Positions 28,249 through 39,123 are shown, counted from the stretch's first letter. The stretch: 64,000 nucleotides of DNA from Candidatus Nanohalarchaeota archaeon (GCA_017610385.1 JAFCCC010000001.1:64001-128000); one strand, 5' to 3'. The notes: a model not told the origin generated them from the letters alone. Program-made: numbers and translations.

Positions 28249-30028
28249 TACCAGAAACATTAGAGGTAGTATTTAGAACATTATCACAACCAACCAAACC
28301 CGAATTATGCCTACACATCTGAGATCTGACGGTTTCTGAATCAATTCCTGAAAAAGTATATTTATTGTTTGCTAACCAGGTTGGACTTGCGCCAATTCCT
28401 AGTTCTTGAGCAAGCTTAATATCTGTTCTCAATAGTTCTTTACCTTCTTCTCCCTGAGAACAAGTCTCAACAGCAGAGATATTAACATTTGCAGAGGTAG
28501 CACAGGTTTTCCAGTCAATATTCTTCACACCATTTACACTTCTACAATAAATATAATCAAGCCATTCATCTGGAGAGTAGTTCTTTACACACAGTTGAAC
28601 AATATCTTCATTAACTTCGTATGCCCCATGCAAACTTGAGAATTCGCCTCCCTGTTCGCTTGCAATATAGTGAACTTCATAAGTAATTGCATTCCCAAAA
28701 TTGTCTACAACACCCTTCAATGCTTTGATTGCTTCTTTACCATAAGGACAATCACTCATCACAAAGACTTGAACATCATTTTTAATTTCTGGTTTACATT
28801 CCATGGTTCCCACACAATCTGAATCATTACAATCAATTAGACCATTTCCTGTATCATCAATTCCATTATCACAAATTTCACTAGCTGGATTAAAATCAGC
28901 ACCAATTCTTAAAGATAAATAAGAGCCAACAGGCACTAAATAAGATTTAATTTGATCATACGACGAAGAATTAACTACATTTGCTTCAAAAAGCAGTGCA
29001 GGAAGATATTCAATTCCAATAGAATCATAAAGGGATTTCCCGTCTGTAGTAGAATAATCTAATTCCTCGATTTTAAGTCCGGGAAATAAAGATCTTAATT
29101 GTCCGTATAATCCAGTAATAGAAGCGCATGCGTCGCATCTTTTATCATTTAAAACAATCATTTTAATGGTTTTTGGTTTTGGGATTGATTCACATGGTTT
29201 AATATTATAATCGTATGCGGCACAGATTGCTGATGTAAACGCCTGAGCGGTTCTACCACCAGAATATTGTTTATTATTTAAATAAATCGTGGGGCTTCCT
29301 GTTGCATTCCTTTCGTTAGCTTTTAGGGAGCTTTCTTGCAATAATTGGACTCCCTCATCTGAATTATAACAGCTTTTAATTTTATCAACGTTTAAATTAT
29401 TCTGTTGTGCGCAAATCTCCCAGTTATTCGGAATACTACTTGCGTTTTGATTCATGCAATAAATCATATTTAAATAAGAATCGGGATTGTATTTTGCGGC
29501 ACAAAGTTCAACAATGTTTCCTTTAACTTCATTTACTCCATGCATTCCACAAAAGTCCCCAAGACACATCTGAGCTTCACGACCTGCATAGTATTGTGGA
29601 GAATATGAAATATATTCGATATCCAAATCCAAATACTTTCCAAATTGCTCTTTAACTGGTTTTATAGCATCCATAACCTGTGTTCCATACGGACATTGAC
29701 TCATTACATACATTTCTAATTTGGCGGCATTTTTTACACCCGTTTGATCTGTTGAAGTGGGATTAATCAAAAAAGTAACAAGAATAACTGCTACAAATAA
29801 TAATACAATCCCGCCTAGAAAATAATGTTCTTTCTTTAATGATAATTTTTTTACTTTCTTTTTTACGTTCTTTTCTGATACGTCATTTTCTTTCTTCGGT
29901 AACTCTTTTTTTACGTTCTTTAAGGACGAGTCAGTTTCTTTCTTTGATGATACTTTTTTTATTTTCTTCGCTGCTAAGTCTTTTATTTTGTTTAATGATA
30001 ATTTTTTTATGGCAGCCAAAGGTATCAC
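28238..30028 (-). CDS. Membrane-anchored, Cys-rich protein with two thioredoxin/GILT-like domains
   Basis: One TM helix; repeated MS[QD]CPYG...[GS][ML]HG..EV...[GA]SPT domains; CDNGIDDTGNGLIDCNDSDC motif. Confidence 0.7.
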   Translation of the reverse strand: MIPLAAIKKLSLNKIKDLAAKKIKKVSSKKETDSSLKNVKKELPKKENDVSEKNVKKKVKKLSLKKEHYFLGGIVLLFVAVILVTFLINPTSTDQTGVKNAAKLEMYVMSQCPYGTQVMDAIKPVKEQFGKYLDLDIEYISYSPQYYAGREAQMCLGDFCGMHGVNEVKGNIVELCAAKYNPDSYLNMIYCMNQNASSIPNNWEICAQQNNLNVDKIKSCYNSDEGVQLLQESSLKANERNATGSPTIYLNNKQYSGGRTAQAFTSAICAAYDYNIKPCESIPKPKTIKMIVLNDKRCDACASITGLYGQLRSLFPGLKIEELDYSTTDGKSLYDSIGIEYLPALLFEANVVNSSSYDQIKSYLVPVGSYLSLRIGADFNPASEICDNGIDDTGNGLIDCNDSDCVGTMECKPEIKNDVQVFVMSDCPYGKEAIKALKGVVDNFGNAITYEVHYIASEQGGEFSSLHGAYEVNEDIVQLCVKNYSPDEWLDYIYCRSVNGVKNIDWKTCATSANVNISAVETCSQGEEGKELLRTDIKLAQELGIGASPTWLANNKYTFSGIDSETVRSQMCRHNSGLVGCDNVLNTTSNVSGSCS

Positions 30029-30083
30029 TTAGTTTTTATAATATATTCATTAATTTAAATGTTTTGGTTTTGTTCTTCTGGTA

Positions 30084-30599
30084 TTAACTTACTATTATGT
30101 CTTTTAAATTGTTTAAGTCCACATTAACATAGTATTTGCCACCAACCTTGAATACTTCATGAGTTGTGTATTTATAACCTTCAATAGTAGCATTTAAAGG
30201 AATTCCAAATATGCTCGTACTCCCTGCGGCAGTTAAAGGAATTTTTACATTTAATTTATACGCTGCTGTTAAATTTCCTTTGTAAACAGAATTATATTTA
30301 GATATATCTAGTTCTTCTTTAGATTCTGTTGTTACGCTACCAATACTTAGCCGCTCTCCGTTTTTACCAAATAAGGTTTCTGCGACCAATACAAAAGCAG
30401 AAGTCTTGGCATCATCACCAAAAATAAAATCCTTATCAATGGGTATTGTTGTTTTTACTGCAGCGTCTTTGTAATTTCCTGCATTTAAACTAGAATAAAA
30501 AGAATTCACAGCACCTTCTGGTCCAAATCCAAAATTTTCAATACATCCCGAAGCCAAAAATATACTTATGAGTAAGACAACAAGAATAACTTTTTTCAT
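30084..30599 (-). CDS. Putative lipoprotein / secreted protein
   Basis: MKK-hydrophobic-LASGC lipobox-like signal. Confidence 0.7.
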   Translation of the reverse strand: MKKVILVVLLISIFLASGCIENFGFGPEGAVNSFYSSLNAGNYKDAAVKTTIPIDKDFIFGDDAKTSAFVLVAETLFGKNGERLSIGSVTTESKEELDISKYNSVYKGNLTAAYKLNVKIPLTAAGSTSIFGIPLNATIEGYKYTTHEVFKVGGKYYVNVDLNNLKDIIVS

Positions 30600-30668
30600 A
30601 TTATGTTATTTGTAACGTAGTTTTTATTATTTCTGATTAGCCTAAATGTTTTTAGAATGTCTTTTTTA

Positions 30669-31502
30669 TTATTTTTGAGAATTATAGAAAGTCTTTAGAA
30701 GTATTGCATCTTGTTCATTGTTTGGGCTCTCACAAACCACAATCCCCTTAATTTTAAAATCTTTCCAAACGCGCAGAAGCTCCTTAAAATTAAGATCTGA
30801 ATCTAATAAATTAAGGTGATTTAGCTCTCCTTTATCAGAATAATTTATTCCAGACAGATGTATATGCATATTATCCAATGCAAACCTTCCTAAATCTTGT
30901 TCGATTTTATCTAAAACACCAGTCCACTCTTCAGACGTATTAAATTTACCGTTACTTCGTGCATGCAAGTGAGCGAAATCAATACACGGAAGAACTTGCT
31001 CTACATCCTGACTAAGCTTAATAACTTCATTTATATCCCCAAATTGAGTTCTTTTGCCTGTTGATTCTGGTCTTACCCAAATAGAAATACTTTGATCTTT
31101 TAGCCTAGAAACAATATCTTTAAGCTCTCGTTTAACTTTCTGGTAAACAAGTTCCTTCTCCTGCTTTAAATAGTATGCGGGGTGAAAACAAATGCTCCAT
31201 GCACCACACAACGCACTTATTTTAGCAGTTTTAATGATTCTTTGTTTACTTGCGATCACTTTCTCATTCTCTTGAGCATTTAAATTAATATAATATGGTG
31301 CATGAGCAGTCAATTCAACACCGTGTTTTTCCTTTGCCTGTTTAACCTGCGCTGCAAGATTTTCAGAAATATTAACTGAATGTACAAATTCAAGTTCCAT
31401 TGAATCTAAACCCAAGGATTTAACGTGAGGAATAGCGTTTAAAGTACTTCTGTCTAAAGTACTTCGTGGAATTCCCGCTGTTCCAAAAAAAAGTTTATTC
31501 AT
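30669..31502 (-). CDS. nfo: Endonuclease IV-family AP endonuclease
   Basis: FGTAGIP, HAPYYINLN, PESTGK, CIDFAHLHAR, HIHLSGI, ESP. Confidence 0.9.
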   Translation of the reverse strand: MNKLFFGTAGIPRSTLDRSTLNAIPHVKSLGLDSMELEFVHSVNISENLAAQVKQAKEKHGVELTAHAPYYINLNAQENEKVIASKQRIIKTAKISALCGAWSICFHPAYYLKQEKELVYQKVKRELKDIVSRLKDQSISIWVRPESTGKRTQFGDINEVIKLSQDVEQVLPCIDFAHLHARSNGKFNTSEEWTGVLDKIEQDLGRFALDNMHIHLSGINYSDKGELNHLNLLDSDLNFKELLRVWKDFKIKGIVVCESPNNEQDAILLKTFYNSQK

Positions 31503-31968
31503 TTTGATTTTGAAATTTTTCTTTCATTAGTTCATTCATTTTTGTGATTCGTTCGTGTTTTAGAGTTATTATTTTAGGAATCTCTGTCTTATTTTTAGTA
31601 AAATAATCATAAATAGCTTCATTTAACGCATCTGCCGCTAAAATAGAACAATGGATTTTTATTTGCGGTAGTCCACCCAGAGCATCAATAATCTCCTTAT
31701 TTGAAAATTCCATTGCAGCATTCAAGGTTTTCCCTTTTACTAAATCCGTAATTATGCTGGACGTAGCTAGGGCTGCTGCACAGCCATATGTTTGAAATTT
31801 AATATCCTTGATAATTTTTTCACCTTTTTCATTTTCAGAAATTTTAATATATAGTTTCATTAAATCTCCACAAACTATATTTCCAACTTCTCCAACACCA
31901 TCTGGATCTTCTATTTCTCCAAAATTATGTGGATGTCTAAAGTGTTCAATTACTTTTTCATTGTACAT
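31495..31968 (-). CDS. iscU: Fe-S cluster scaffold IscU/NifU-N
   Basis: YNEKVIEHF..PHNFG, GNIVCGD, TYGCAAA, LPQIKIHCS. Confidence 0.94.
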   Translation of the reverse strand: MYNEKVIEHFRHPHNFGEIEDPDGVGEVGNIVCGDLMKLYIKISENEKGEKIIKDIKFQTYGCAAALATSSIITDLVKGKTLNAAMEFSNKEIIDALGGLPQIKIHCSILAADALNEAIYDYFTKNKTEIPKIITLKHERITKMNELMKEKFQNQNE

Positions 31969-31987
31969 TTTTTCACCTTTAATTCAT

Positions 31988-33142
31988 TTACCTCAATGGA
32001 CTTAGTTTTCGTAGGCGTTCAACTACGTCGGGAAGAACGTTTAAAAAATAGTCTATTTCCGCTTTTGTTGTATCTTTTCCTATTGAAACTCTCAAAGAAC
32101 CGTGCGCTTGATCGTGTTTTAGTCCTAAACTCAATAAAACGTGACTTGGCTCTAAATTCGGTGAAGAACACGCAGAACCAGTACTACAAGAAATTCCTCT
32201 GTCATCTAATAACAAAACAAGACTTTCTCCTTCAATAAAAGAAAAGGAAAAGTTTGCATTATTTGGCAACCTTCGGGTTGGGTGACCATTTAATCTGGAA
32301 TTTGAGATTTTAAGCACTTCTTCAATCAAATAATTTCGTAGTTTTGTTTGTTTTATTTCATCTTCTTTCATTTCGTTTTTGGCAATATTAACTGCTTCTG
32401 AAAAACCAACAATACCTGAAACATTAACGGTTGTGGATCTTAGACCAGATTCGTGACCGCCTCCATGCAAAACTGGCTCAATTGAGACTCCCTTTCGAAT
32501 ATAAAGTGCTCCAACCCCTTTTGGACCGTAGAATTTATGTGCATTAATAGTCATTAAGTCAATATTTAATTTATTAACATCAATTGGCAATTTTCCAAAA
32601 ATCTGAGTTGCGTCTGTATGTAAATAAACTTCTTTGTTTTTACAAATCTCTCCGATTTCTTTCATGTTTTGGATTGTACCAATTTCATTATTTGCATAAA
32701 TTATAGAAACTAAAATCGTGTCTTTTCTAATTGTATTTTTTAATTCTTCTAAATCGATTAAACCAAACTGGTCTACAGACAAATAACTCACTTCGAAACC
32801 GTGCTTTTCCAACCACTCACAGGTTTTTAAAATGGCAGCATGTTCTATTTTTGTTGTTATTATGTGTTTTCCGTTATTTTGATTTGCAAATGCGACCCCT
32901 TTTAATGCCAAGTTATCTGACTCTGTTGCACCAGAAGTAAAGACTAATTCCTCGCTCTTCGCGCCCAGAAATTCAGCTATGTTTGACCTACAAGAGTCTA
33001 AAGTGGCCTTAGCTTTTCGTCCTTCTTCATGCAAAGACATTGTATTTCCAAAGTTCTCATAAAAATAGGGCTGCATTGCGTCCAAAACACGCTTGTCAAC
33101 TGGAGTTGTAGCTGCATAATCTAAGTAAATTCGTTTGTTCAT
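31988..33142 (-). CDS. iscS: Cysteine desulfurase
   Basis: YLDYAATTP, TSGATESDN, AHKFYGPKG, STGSACSS. Confidence 0.95.
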   Translation of the reverse strand: MNKRIYLDYAATTPVDKRVLDAMQPYFYENFGNTMSLHEEGRKAKATLDSCRSNIAEFLGAKSEELVFTSGATESDNLALKGVAFANQNNGKHIITTKIEHAAILKTCEWLEKHGFEVSYLSVDQFGLIDLEELKNTIRKDTILVSIIYANNEIGTIQNMKEIGEICKNKEVYLHTDATQIFGKLPIDVNKLNIDLMTINAHKFYGPKGVGALYIRKGVSIEPVLHGGGHESGLRSTTVNVSGIVGFSEAVNIAKNEMKEDEIKQTKLRNYLIEEVLKISNSRLNGHPTRRLPNNANFSFSFIEGESLVLLLDDRGISCSTGSACSSPNLEPSHVLLSLGLKHDQAHGSLRVSIGKDTTKAEIDYFLNVLPDVVERLRKLSPLR

Positions 33143-33278
33143 AAAAGGGTATTTTATAGAATATTTTTTATATGTGTGTAACTATTCTACCTAATCTTTC
33201 TTGGGTACTTATTCTATAGAACATTTTGTGTGCGGCTATCACGGTTTTTATTTAAATCAAAACAGTCAAAATAATAAT

Positions 33279-33596
33279 ATGACATTACCGAGTTTGGAGA
33301 ACGAAGTAACACTTGTATCTGAAATTATGAATTTAACAGAATTAGAACAAGAGATTTATTTTCATATGCTAAAGGAAGATTGCACTGTTAAAGAACTAGT
33401 AGGAGTAAGTAAAAGGACAAGAAGCGTGGTTCAGCGGGCCCTTCAAGATTTAATGGATAAAAACATGATTGTCAGAGAAGGCAGGATAAATAAAACAGTG
33501 TATTATATTTATAAGTCACTTCCATTACCAGATGTCAAGAAAAAAGTAAAAATTGTTCTTTCTGACTGGTATAATTCTGCAGTAAAATCCTTATAG
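33279..33596 (+). CDS. TrmB/MarR-like winged-helix regulator
   Basis: LTELEQEIY..TVKELV..RTRSVVQRALQDLMDKNMIVRE; divergent from iscS; start reassigned to the ATG at 33279. Confidence 0.75.
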   Translation: MTLPSLENEVTLVSEIMNLTELEQEIYFHMLKEDCTVKELVGVSKRTRSVVQRALQDLMDKNMIVREGRINKTVYYIYKSLPLPDVKKKVKIVLSDWYNSAVKSL

Positions 33597-33601
33597 TAAA
33601 A

Positions 33602-34549
33602 CTAAAGAGTTAAGCTGCTCCACCATGGCTTTCTTATAGAAATTAATTTGCCAAACTGCGCATCTATTTTAGTTCTAATCTTTAGCGAAATTGGAAAAAT
33701 TGCAAATAATTTTGCTTTTTTTGTACTGGTTACCAGATATACAGGTCTCTTCGCCTCTTCTTTAAGTTCTATTTCTTCTACAGAATTCTTTGAAAACGAT
33801 TCAGAGATTTTAATTGCATTTTCTGGAAGAATATTAACTTGCTTTTTTCCGACACTTGTTCTCATAAATAACTTGGATTCTTCTACAAGCATTTCTTTAG
33901 AATATGAAACAGGAATAGAATTTACTTCTATGATTCCTTTGTCTCTTGAAGAAGATCCTGTTTGCCACATTGTCACATTGTAAGAATCTGGCTTTTCGGT
34001 CTCACCAGAGATAATGATGCTGGTCTGTGTAATTATATTATAAGATACTGTATTTGTATTGGCATTTGAATTTGGACATTGCGGACCAGTACACTGACAA
34101 TGAATCTGACCAGGATAGCTTTCTAATATGATACATTCGCTATTTGTTGGGCACTTGTAGTAATTGCATGGATTTAGTTCTGCACACCTTAAACCTAATC
34201 CGGGGAACTGGTAGCATTCTAGTCCTTCTGGACAGGAATTCAGAGCATCGCACCACTGATCTGTAATTTGCGAATAATTTTCTTTGCAATCTTGTGGACA
34301 ATTGTTCTGATCTTCAGGATAGTTGCAAGTGTTATCCCCACAAGCAACACAAATAGAATATGACTTCGAAACTCTTATTTCTGTTAAACCAAGACAACAA
34401 GTTCTATTTGTAGCTCCAGAAAATGGATTTCTATTTACTCTTTTTCCTTCAGCAGCACAAGCAGTGTTTGTAATTGGTCCTGCAAAAACCGTGCTTGCAA
34501 AAAGTAAGAATACACCTAATACCAACATAAAACTAAACTGTTTTTTCAT
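33602..34549 (-). CDS. Secreted Cys-rich protein with PepSY-like C-terminus
   Basis: Signal peptide, Cys-rich modules, C-terminal KLFAIFPI..IDAQFGK..KPWW. Confidence 0.65.
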   Translation of the reverse strand: MKKQFSFMLVLGVFLLFASTVFAGPITNTACAAEGKRVNRNPFSGATNRTCCLGLTEIRVSKSYSICVACGDNTCNYPEDQNNCPQDCKENYSQITDQWCDALNSCPEGLECYQFPGLGLRCAELNPCNYYKCPTNSECIILESYPGQIHCQCTGPQCPNSNANTNTVSYNIITQTSIIISGETEKPDSYNVTMWQTGSSSRDKGIIEVNSIPVSYSKEMLVEESKLFMRTSVGKKQVNILPENAIKISESFSKNSVEEIELKEEAKRPVYLVTSTKKAKLFAIFPISLKIRTKIDAQFGKLISIRKPWWSSLTL

Positions 34550-34654
34550 AATAGTACTATCTTAAATTTTGTTTTTAAAGATTCTGAAAACAGTGGGAAC
34601 TAACCAAACATTCTGTCAAGTTAATTTTTATACTCTAAAAGTTAAAGTTAGTTC

Positions 34655-35293
34655 ATGAAAGCACTTTCCGAATTTGAAGCTAAAAAATTTCTAATTAAAA
34701 ATAAAGTGCCGTGCATAAAAGATGTTCTTGTTTCTAAAAAAAGTGAATTTAAAAAAACTAAAATCAAGTTCCCAGCCTTTATGAAAATCAGTTCGCCTGA
34801 TATTTTGCATAAGACTGATGCAAATTGCGTTCTAGAAGTTAAAAGAGAAGATGAATTGGATGCGGCATTTGATCAATTATTGAAAAATGCCAAGAAATAT
34901 AATCCAAAAGCGAAAATAGAGGGGGTCGTGCTTGAAGAAAAACTTTCAGGAGTGGAACTAATTGTAGGTGTAAGTGTTGATCCTCAATTTGGTCATGTAA
35001 TTATGTTTGGTCTTGGTGGCATTTTTGTTGAAATTCTAAAGGATGTGAATTTTAGAGCAATACCTTTGAATAAAAAAGATGCTTTTGAACTTATTGAAGA
35101 AATGCGCGCCAAAGGGCTTTTAGAGGGTTTTAGGAATCAAAAGAAAGTTAATAAGAGAAAAATTGCTGAATTCTTGTTAAAAATTTCTAAAATCGTTGAA
35201 AACAACCCCAATATAATTGAATTGGATATTAATCCATTATTTGCAAATGAAAAGGGTGTTATTGCAGCAGATGCATTACTACGTTTTAATTAA
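34655..35293 (+). CDS. acdB: ADP-forming acetyl-CoA synthetase, beta subunit (ATP-grasp)
   Basis: LSEFEAK, KISSPDILHKTD, DPQFGHVIMFGLGGIFVE, ELDINPL. Confidence 0.9.
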   Translation: MKALSEFEAKKFLIKNKVPCIKDVLVSKKSEFKKTKIKFPAFMKISSPDILHKTDANCVLEVKREDELDAAFDQLLKNAKKYNPKAKIEGVVLEEKLSGVELIVGVSVDPQFGHVIMFGLGGIFVEILKDVNFRAIPLNKKDAFELIEEMRAKGLLEGFRNQKKVNKRKIAEFLLKISKIVENNPNIIELDINPLFANEKGVIAADALLRFN

Positions 35294-35699
35294 AAGTGTT
35301 TAATCTAAATCCTTTCTTTATGTTATTTCTAAAATCCATTTAAACTTCCTTTAAGATCTCTCTCAGCTCTACTAGATCTGTGAAAATTACCTTACAGTTT
35401 CCAATAGCTACCTCTTTCAAATCTGTTGTGCTGTAAAGAGCCCTAAGAAGCGTTTTTTAAGGTCTAGTTTTTCATTAAGTACAATTTGAGGATGTCCTCC
35501 ACAGGTTGTGTGCTCTCAAATACTCCTTTGCAGGATTTTCTCATTCAAGACATATTATTAAATTATGTTGATCAATAGATAATTCGTACTATTCTTTAAC
35601 TGGTGTTAACTTTTAACCCTGCTAAACTTTAACTGCGGGTTAACTTTAGTTAGGAAATAAAGTAGATGAATGAAAAATGATTGTTTGTTTTTGTAGTTT

Positions 35700-35867
35700 T
35701 TAAGCAGAGGGTTTAAATCTGAAAAATCCTTCGTCTTTGCGTTGTTTTCGAACTTTTTTCGCTTTTGAAACTTCATAAGTTTTAGAACATTTGTGGCACT
35801 TAATGATTTTTTTTGCGAGGGATCTTTGCAAGTGTCCGCAATGTGGGCATTGATAATAAAGGCTCAT
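35700..35867 (-). CDS. Small zinc-ribbon protein (55 aa, not in ORF track)
   Basis: MSLYYQCPHCGHLQRSLAKKIIKCHKCSKTY..; starts 7 bp after the upstream stop. Confidence 0.7.
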   Translation of the reverse strand: MSLYYQCPHCGHLQRSLAKKIIKCHKCSKTYEVSKAKKVRKQRKDEGFFRFKPSA

Positions 35868-35874
35868 AATAAAT

Positions 35875-37017
35875 TCATCTCATATGAAAAATTGTTTTAA
35901 AGAAATTTACAAGTTTCGATAAACCTTGTTTTATGAAATTTCCAGAAAGTGAAGCTTCATGATCTTGTTCTAAAAAAGCTGTTCGTTCTTCTAACTCTAA
36001 TAGATTCTCTCGCTCAGGAGAAATAGAATTTGAAATATCATCTAAATGTGATACAGTATTTCTAATAACTAATGTTTCGCTTGCAAAATTGTTTTCTAAG
36101 TTTTCTTCAGAACAATTTGAAGAAATTACTGTGGTTCTAATACGATAAGCAGACAAGTTATCTTCTATGTCTAACTTTTCAGAGTAGGTAACTGTCTCAC
36201 TGCAAACAATGCTCTTATAAATCCGTTTATTTGATAGCACATTCCCAAAAAAGTCTTCTATAGTGATATAGGCTTCAAAACTCTGTTTTTTTGTTTTACA
36301 ATTCAAATTGGAAAATTCAATAAAATACTGAAATTCTGAACCACTTTCTACAACTTCAGGACTTTTAATTTGAACCTGAAAATCACAAAGGTTGCTTTCT
36401 AAAACGTTTGTGTCTTTTCCTTGAACAATCTCTTCTTTTTTTACTGGAGCTATTACTTCCATTGAAACTTCAGAGGAAGTATTGCTTAATTCTGAATCAG
36501 GAGTAATAACGCTTTCTATATAATTTTCTATTCCAGGAGAAGGAATACAACTAATTAGTTCTTCATTGTTATTACAAAGAGATTGACCTTGTTTTGCAAT
36601 ATTCGTATACTCTAAAGAAGTTATAATGTTTTTTGAATTGTCTGCAATTCCTAAAACCTCTCCAGAATTTCTTAAAGAACTCCAAGAACTATCAAATAAA
36701 TTTCCATTGAAATTAGGATAATTAACTAAAAAAGTTGACCAATCCTGGCAAATTACTGCGTATTGATCTTTATGAAGTGTTTGTTTTCCTTTTTTAAACT
36801 TGATTCTATGATTTGTATCTGCCTCATAAAAATAAAATGTACTAAAATTAATTGCGTCGCCCAAATTTTTAACTTCAATCCATTCTTGATTTTCATCACT
36901 TCCTTCTGGATTATACATTATCTCTGTGATAACCACATTCGCGCCTGCTCGAATGCCCACTTGAGAAACAAAAAGTAAAATAAAAACAAGGTAAAGCAAC
37001 ATGAAATTTGCTTTCAT
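35875..37017 (-). CDS. Secreted lamin-tail-domain protein
   Basis: Signal peptide then VVITEIMYNPEGSD..EWIEVKN, LRNSGE, PSPG. Confidence 0.8.
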   Translation of the reverse strand: MKANFMLLYLVFILLFVSQVGIRAGANVVITEIMYNPEGSDENQEWIEVKNLGDAINFSTFYFYEADTNHRIKFKKGKQTLHKDQYAVICQDWSTFLVNYPNFNGNLFDSSWSSLRNSGEVLGIADNSKNIITSLEYTNIAKQGQSLCNNNEELISCIPSPGIENYIESVITPDSELSNTSSEVSMEVIAPVKKEEIVQGKDTNVLESNLCDFQVQIKSPEVVESGSEFQYFIEFSNLNCKTKKQSFEAYITIEDFFGNVLSNKRIYKSIVCSETVTYSEKLDIEDNLSAYRIRTTVISSNCSEENLENNFASETLVIRNTVSHLDDISNSISPERENLLELEERTAFLEQDHEASLSGNFIKQGLSKLVNFFKTIFHMR

Positions 37018-37253
37018 ACCAATAAAAATAGGATTTGGTAGAATAAAAGAGTTTAGTATATTCGGTGTTTTTCAATCAGGATTTTCCAGAGCAATAGTTA
37101 ACTATATAAATTATTACTACTACTCCATATTAACTACTACTACCTTTCATTATGAAAGATTTTGTTTGAACACATGCTTTTCGTAATGTGTTGTTAGTAC
37201 TTTGAAAAAGATTTGCACGAATTAAAAAATATTGATTAAATGCTTTGATAAAA

Positions 37254-38348
37254 ATGATAACAATTGTTTTAGGAACTAGAGCCGAACTAATTAAGACTTT
37301 TCCAGTTATGAAAGAATTAGATAAAAGAAAAATTAAATGGGAATGGATTCATACTGGTCAGCACAATTTAGATTCATTAATTAAAGATTTTAATATAAAA
37401 AAGCCGAAAATTGTTTTAGATATTCCAATAAGTTCTAGTGGGAGATTTAAAGGCGGAAAATTTTTAGCGGTATTTAACGCTATTTTATGGAATCTTAAAA
37501 CCACAAACAAAATAAGAAAAAGTGTTAAAAAATTAAAATCAAACGTTGTATTGTGCCAAGGAGATACCATGGCTACGGCAGCAACAGTGTTGGCAGGGCG
37601 ATCAATTATATTTAATCGACCAAAAATAGGGCACATTGAAGCAGGAATTAGATCTCATTCATTTACAGAACCTTTTCCAGAAGAAATTTCAAGAAGGATT
37701 TCTGACTTTTTTTCAGATTATTTGTTTGCGCCAACTCAAAAAGCTGTTGAAAATCTAAATAGAGAAAAAATAAAAGGAAAAACCTATTTAACAGGGAATA
37801 CCGTCGTAGATGCGGTTAAAGACATATTATATACTATAGATTTAGAATTTCCTGAAAATTTACGAGCTAAAAAATATATTATTGCCCAAACACACAGATA
37901 TGAAAACATTACATCTCCAGAAAGATTAGGAAGATTTGTAGAGATTATAACAGATTTGCCACACAATATTGTTTTAATAATGCCTGAAAACACTGAAGCA
38001 AAATTAAGGGAATTTGAACTCTGGAATGATTTGCAGAAAGAAAATATTCAAATAAGTGCATTAAAAAACTATAAAGACTTTTTGAAAATGTTATATCATT
38101 CTTCTGGAATAATAACTGATTCCGGAGGAGTGATGGAAGAATGTGCCATTTTAGGAAAACCTTGTCTTGTTTTCAGAAAAAGAACAGAGCGGCCTGAAGC
38201 AATTAATGCTGGCGTGGCCGAGTTAATCATGGAAAAGGGGAGTGATTTTATCTTAGACTTCTTAAACCGAAAACTAAAAAACACAAAGAATCTCTTTGGA
38301 GATGGTAACGCAAGCAAAAAGATTGTTGACGTTATTCAAAAAGAGTAA
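37254..38348 (+). CDS. wecB: UDP-N-acetylglucosamine 2-epimerase (non-hydrolysing)
   Basis: GTRAELIK, HTGQH, QGDT, HIEAGIRS, PEEISR, TDSGG, TERPE, FGDG. Confidence 0.92.
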   Translation: MITIVLGTRAELIKTFPVMKELDKRKIKWEWIHTGQHNLDSLIKDFNIKKPKIVLDIPISSSGRFKGGKFLAVFNAILWNLKTTNKIRKSVKKLKSNVVLCQGDTMATAATVLAGRSIIFNRPKIGHIEAGIRSHSFTEPFPEEISRRISDFFSDYLFAPTQKAVENLNREKIKGKTYLTGNTVVDAVKDILYTIDLEFPENLRAKKYIIAQTHRYENITSPERLGRFVEIITDLPHNIVLIMPENTEAKLREFELWNDLQKENIQISALKNYKDFLKMLYHSSGIITDSGGVMEECAILGKPCLVFRKRTERPEAINAGVAELIMEKGSDFILDFLNRKLKNTKNLFGDGNASKKIVDVIQKE

Positions 38349-38421
38349 ACTCAAAAACGAATTAAACCATTCTGATGCACTGCATTTTTTATAAAATTGT
38401 GTACAATATATTGAGATAAAA

Positions 38422-39072
38422 ATGGAAGTAATAATTCTTTGCGGAGGTACTGGAACAAGATTAATGCCGCTAACTAAGAATAAGCACAAAGCTTTGGTCG
38501 AAGTTGATGGCAAACCAATAATTGAATGGCAACTTCGGTGGTTACAAAAATATGATATTGAAAAAAAGAATGTTATTTTGGCGTGCGGTCATATGTTAGA
38601 GAGCTTAAAAAACTATTTAGGAAATTCTGTAAAGTATTCTATAGAAAAAGAGCCCTTGGGCACTGGCGGAGCATTAAAACAAGCAATGAGATTGATAAAA
38701 GATGATGAATTCTTGGTTTTTAATGTTGATGATTTAAACAATATTGATTTAGGTGAATTAAAAAGAATTGGTTCTAATTCTATCTGTGTTGCAAACCCAC
38801 GTTCACCTTTTGGCGTCGTTGAGCTTCAAGGAAATAAGGTTACAGGATTTATTGAAAAGCCGTTGTTAGAGGTTTGGGTTTCTATGGGAATTTATTTGCT
38901 TAACAAAGATATTATCAAAATGCTTCCAGATAAAGGCAGTCTAGAAAAAGAGGTTTTCCCAAAGATTGATTTAAAGGCCTACAAACACGAAGGTTATTGG
39001 CACACAATAAACAATATTAAACAAGCACAAGCGTTTGACGCAGAAGCATTTAAAAAAGCATTAGATTTTTAA
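38422..39072 (+). CDS. Sugar-phosphate nucleotidyltransferase
   Basis: ILCGGTGTRLMPLT, EKEPLGTGGA, FIEKP. Confidence 0.9.
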   Translation: MEVIILCGGTGTRLMPLTKNKHKALVEVDGKPIIEWQLRWLQKYDIEKKNVILACGHMLESLKNYLGNSVKYSIEKEPLGTGGALKQAMRLIKDDEFLVFNVDDLNNIDLGELKRIGSNSICVANPRSPFGVVELQGNKVTGFIEKPLLEVWVSMGIYLLNKDIIKMLPDKGSLEKEVFPKIDLKAYKHEGYWHTINNIKQAQAFDAEAFKKALDF

Positions 39073-39123
39073 TTTATTTTAAAGAGAGATCATATTATTA
39101 ACTGTTTCTGTCATAATGAAATT

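Noticed and set aside
37001-37186. 61-aa ORF with ACT/TAC microrepeats
   Set aside because: Lies in a divergent promoter region, overlaps the neighbouring gene start, and is low complexity
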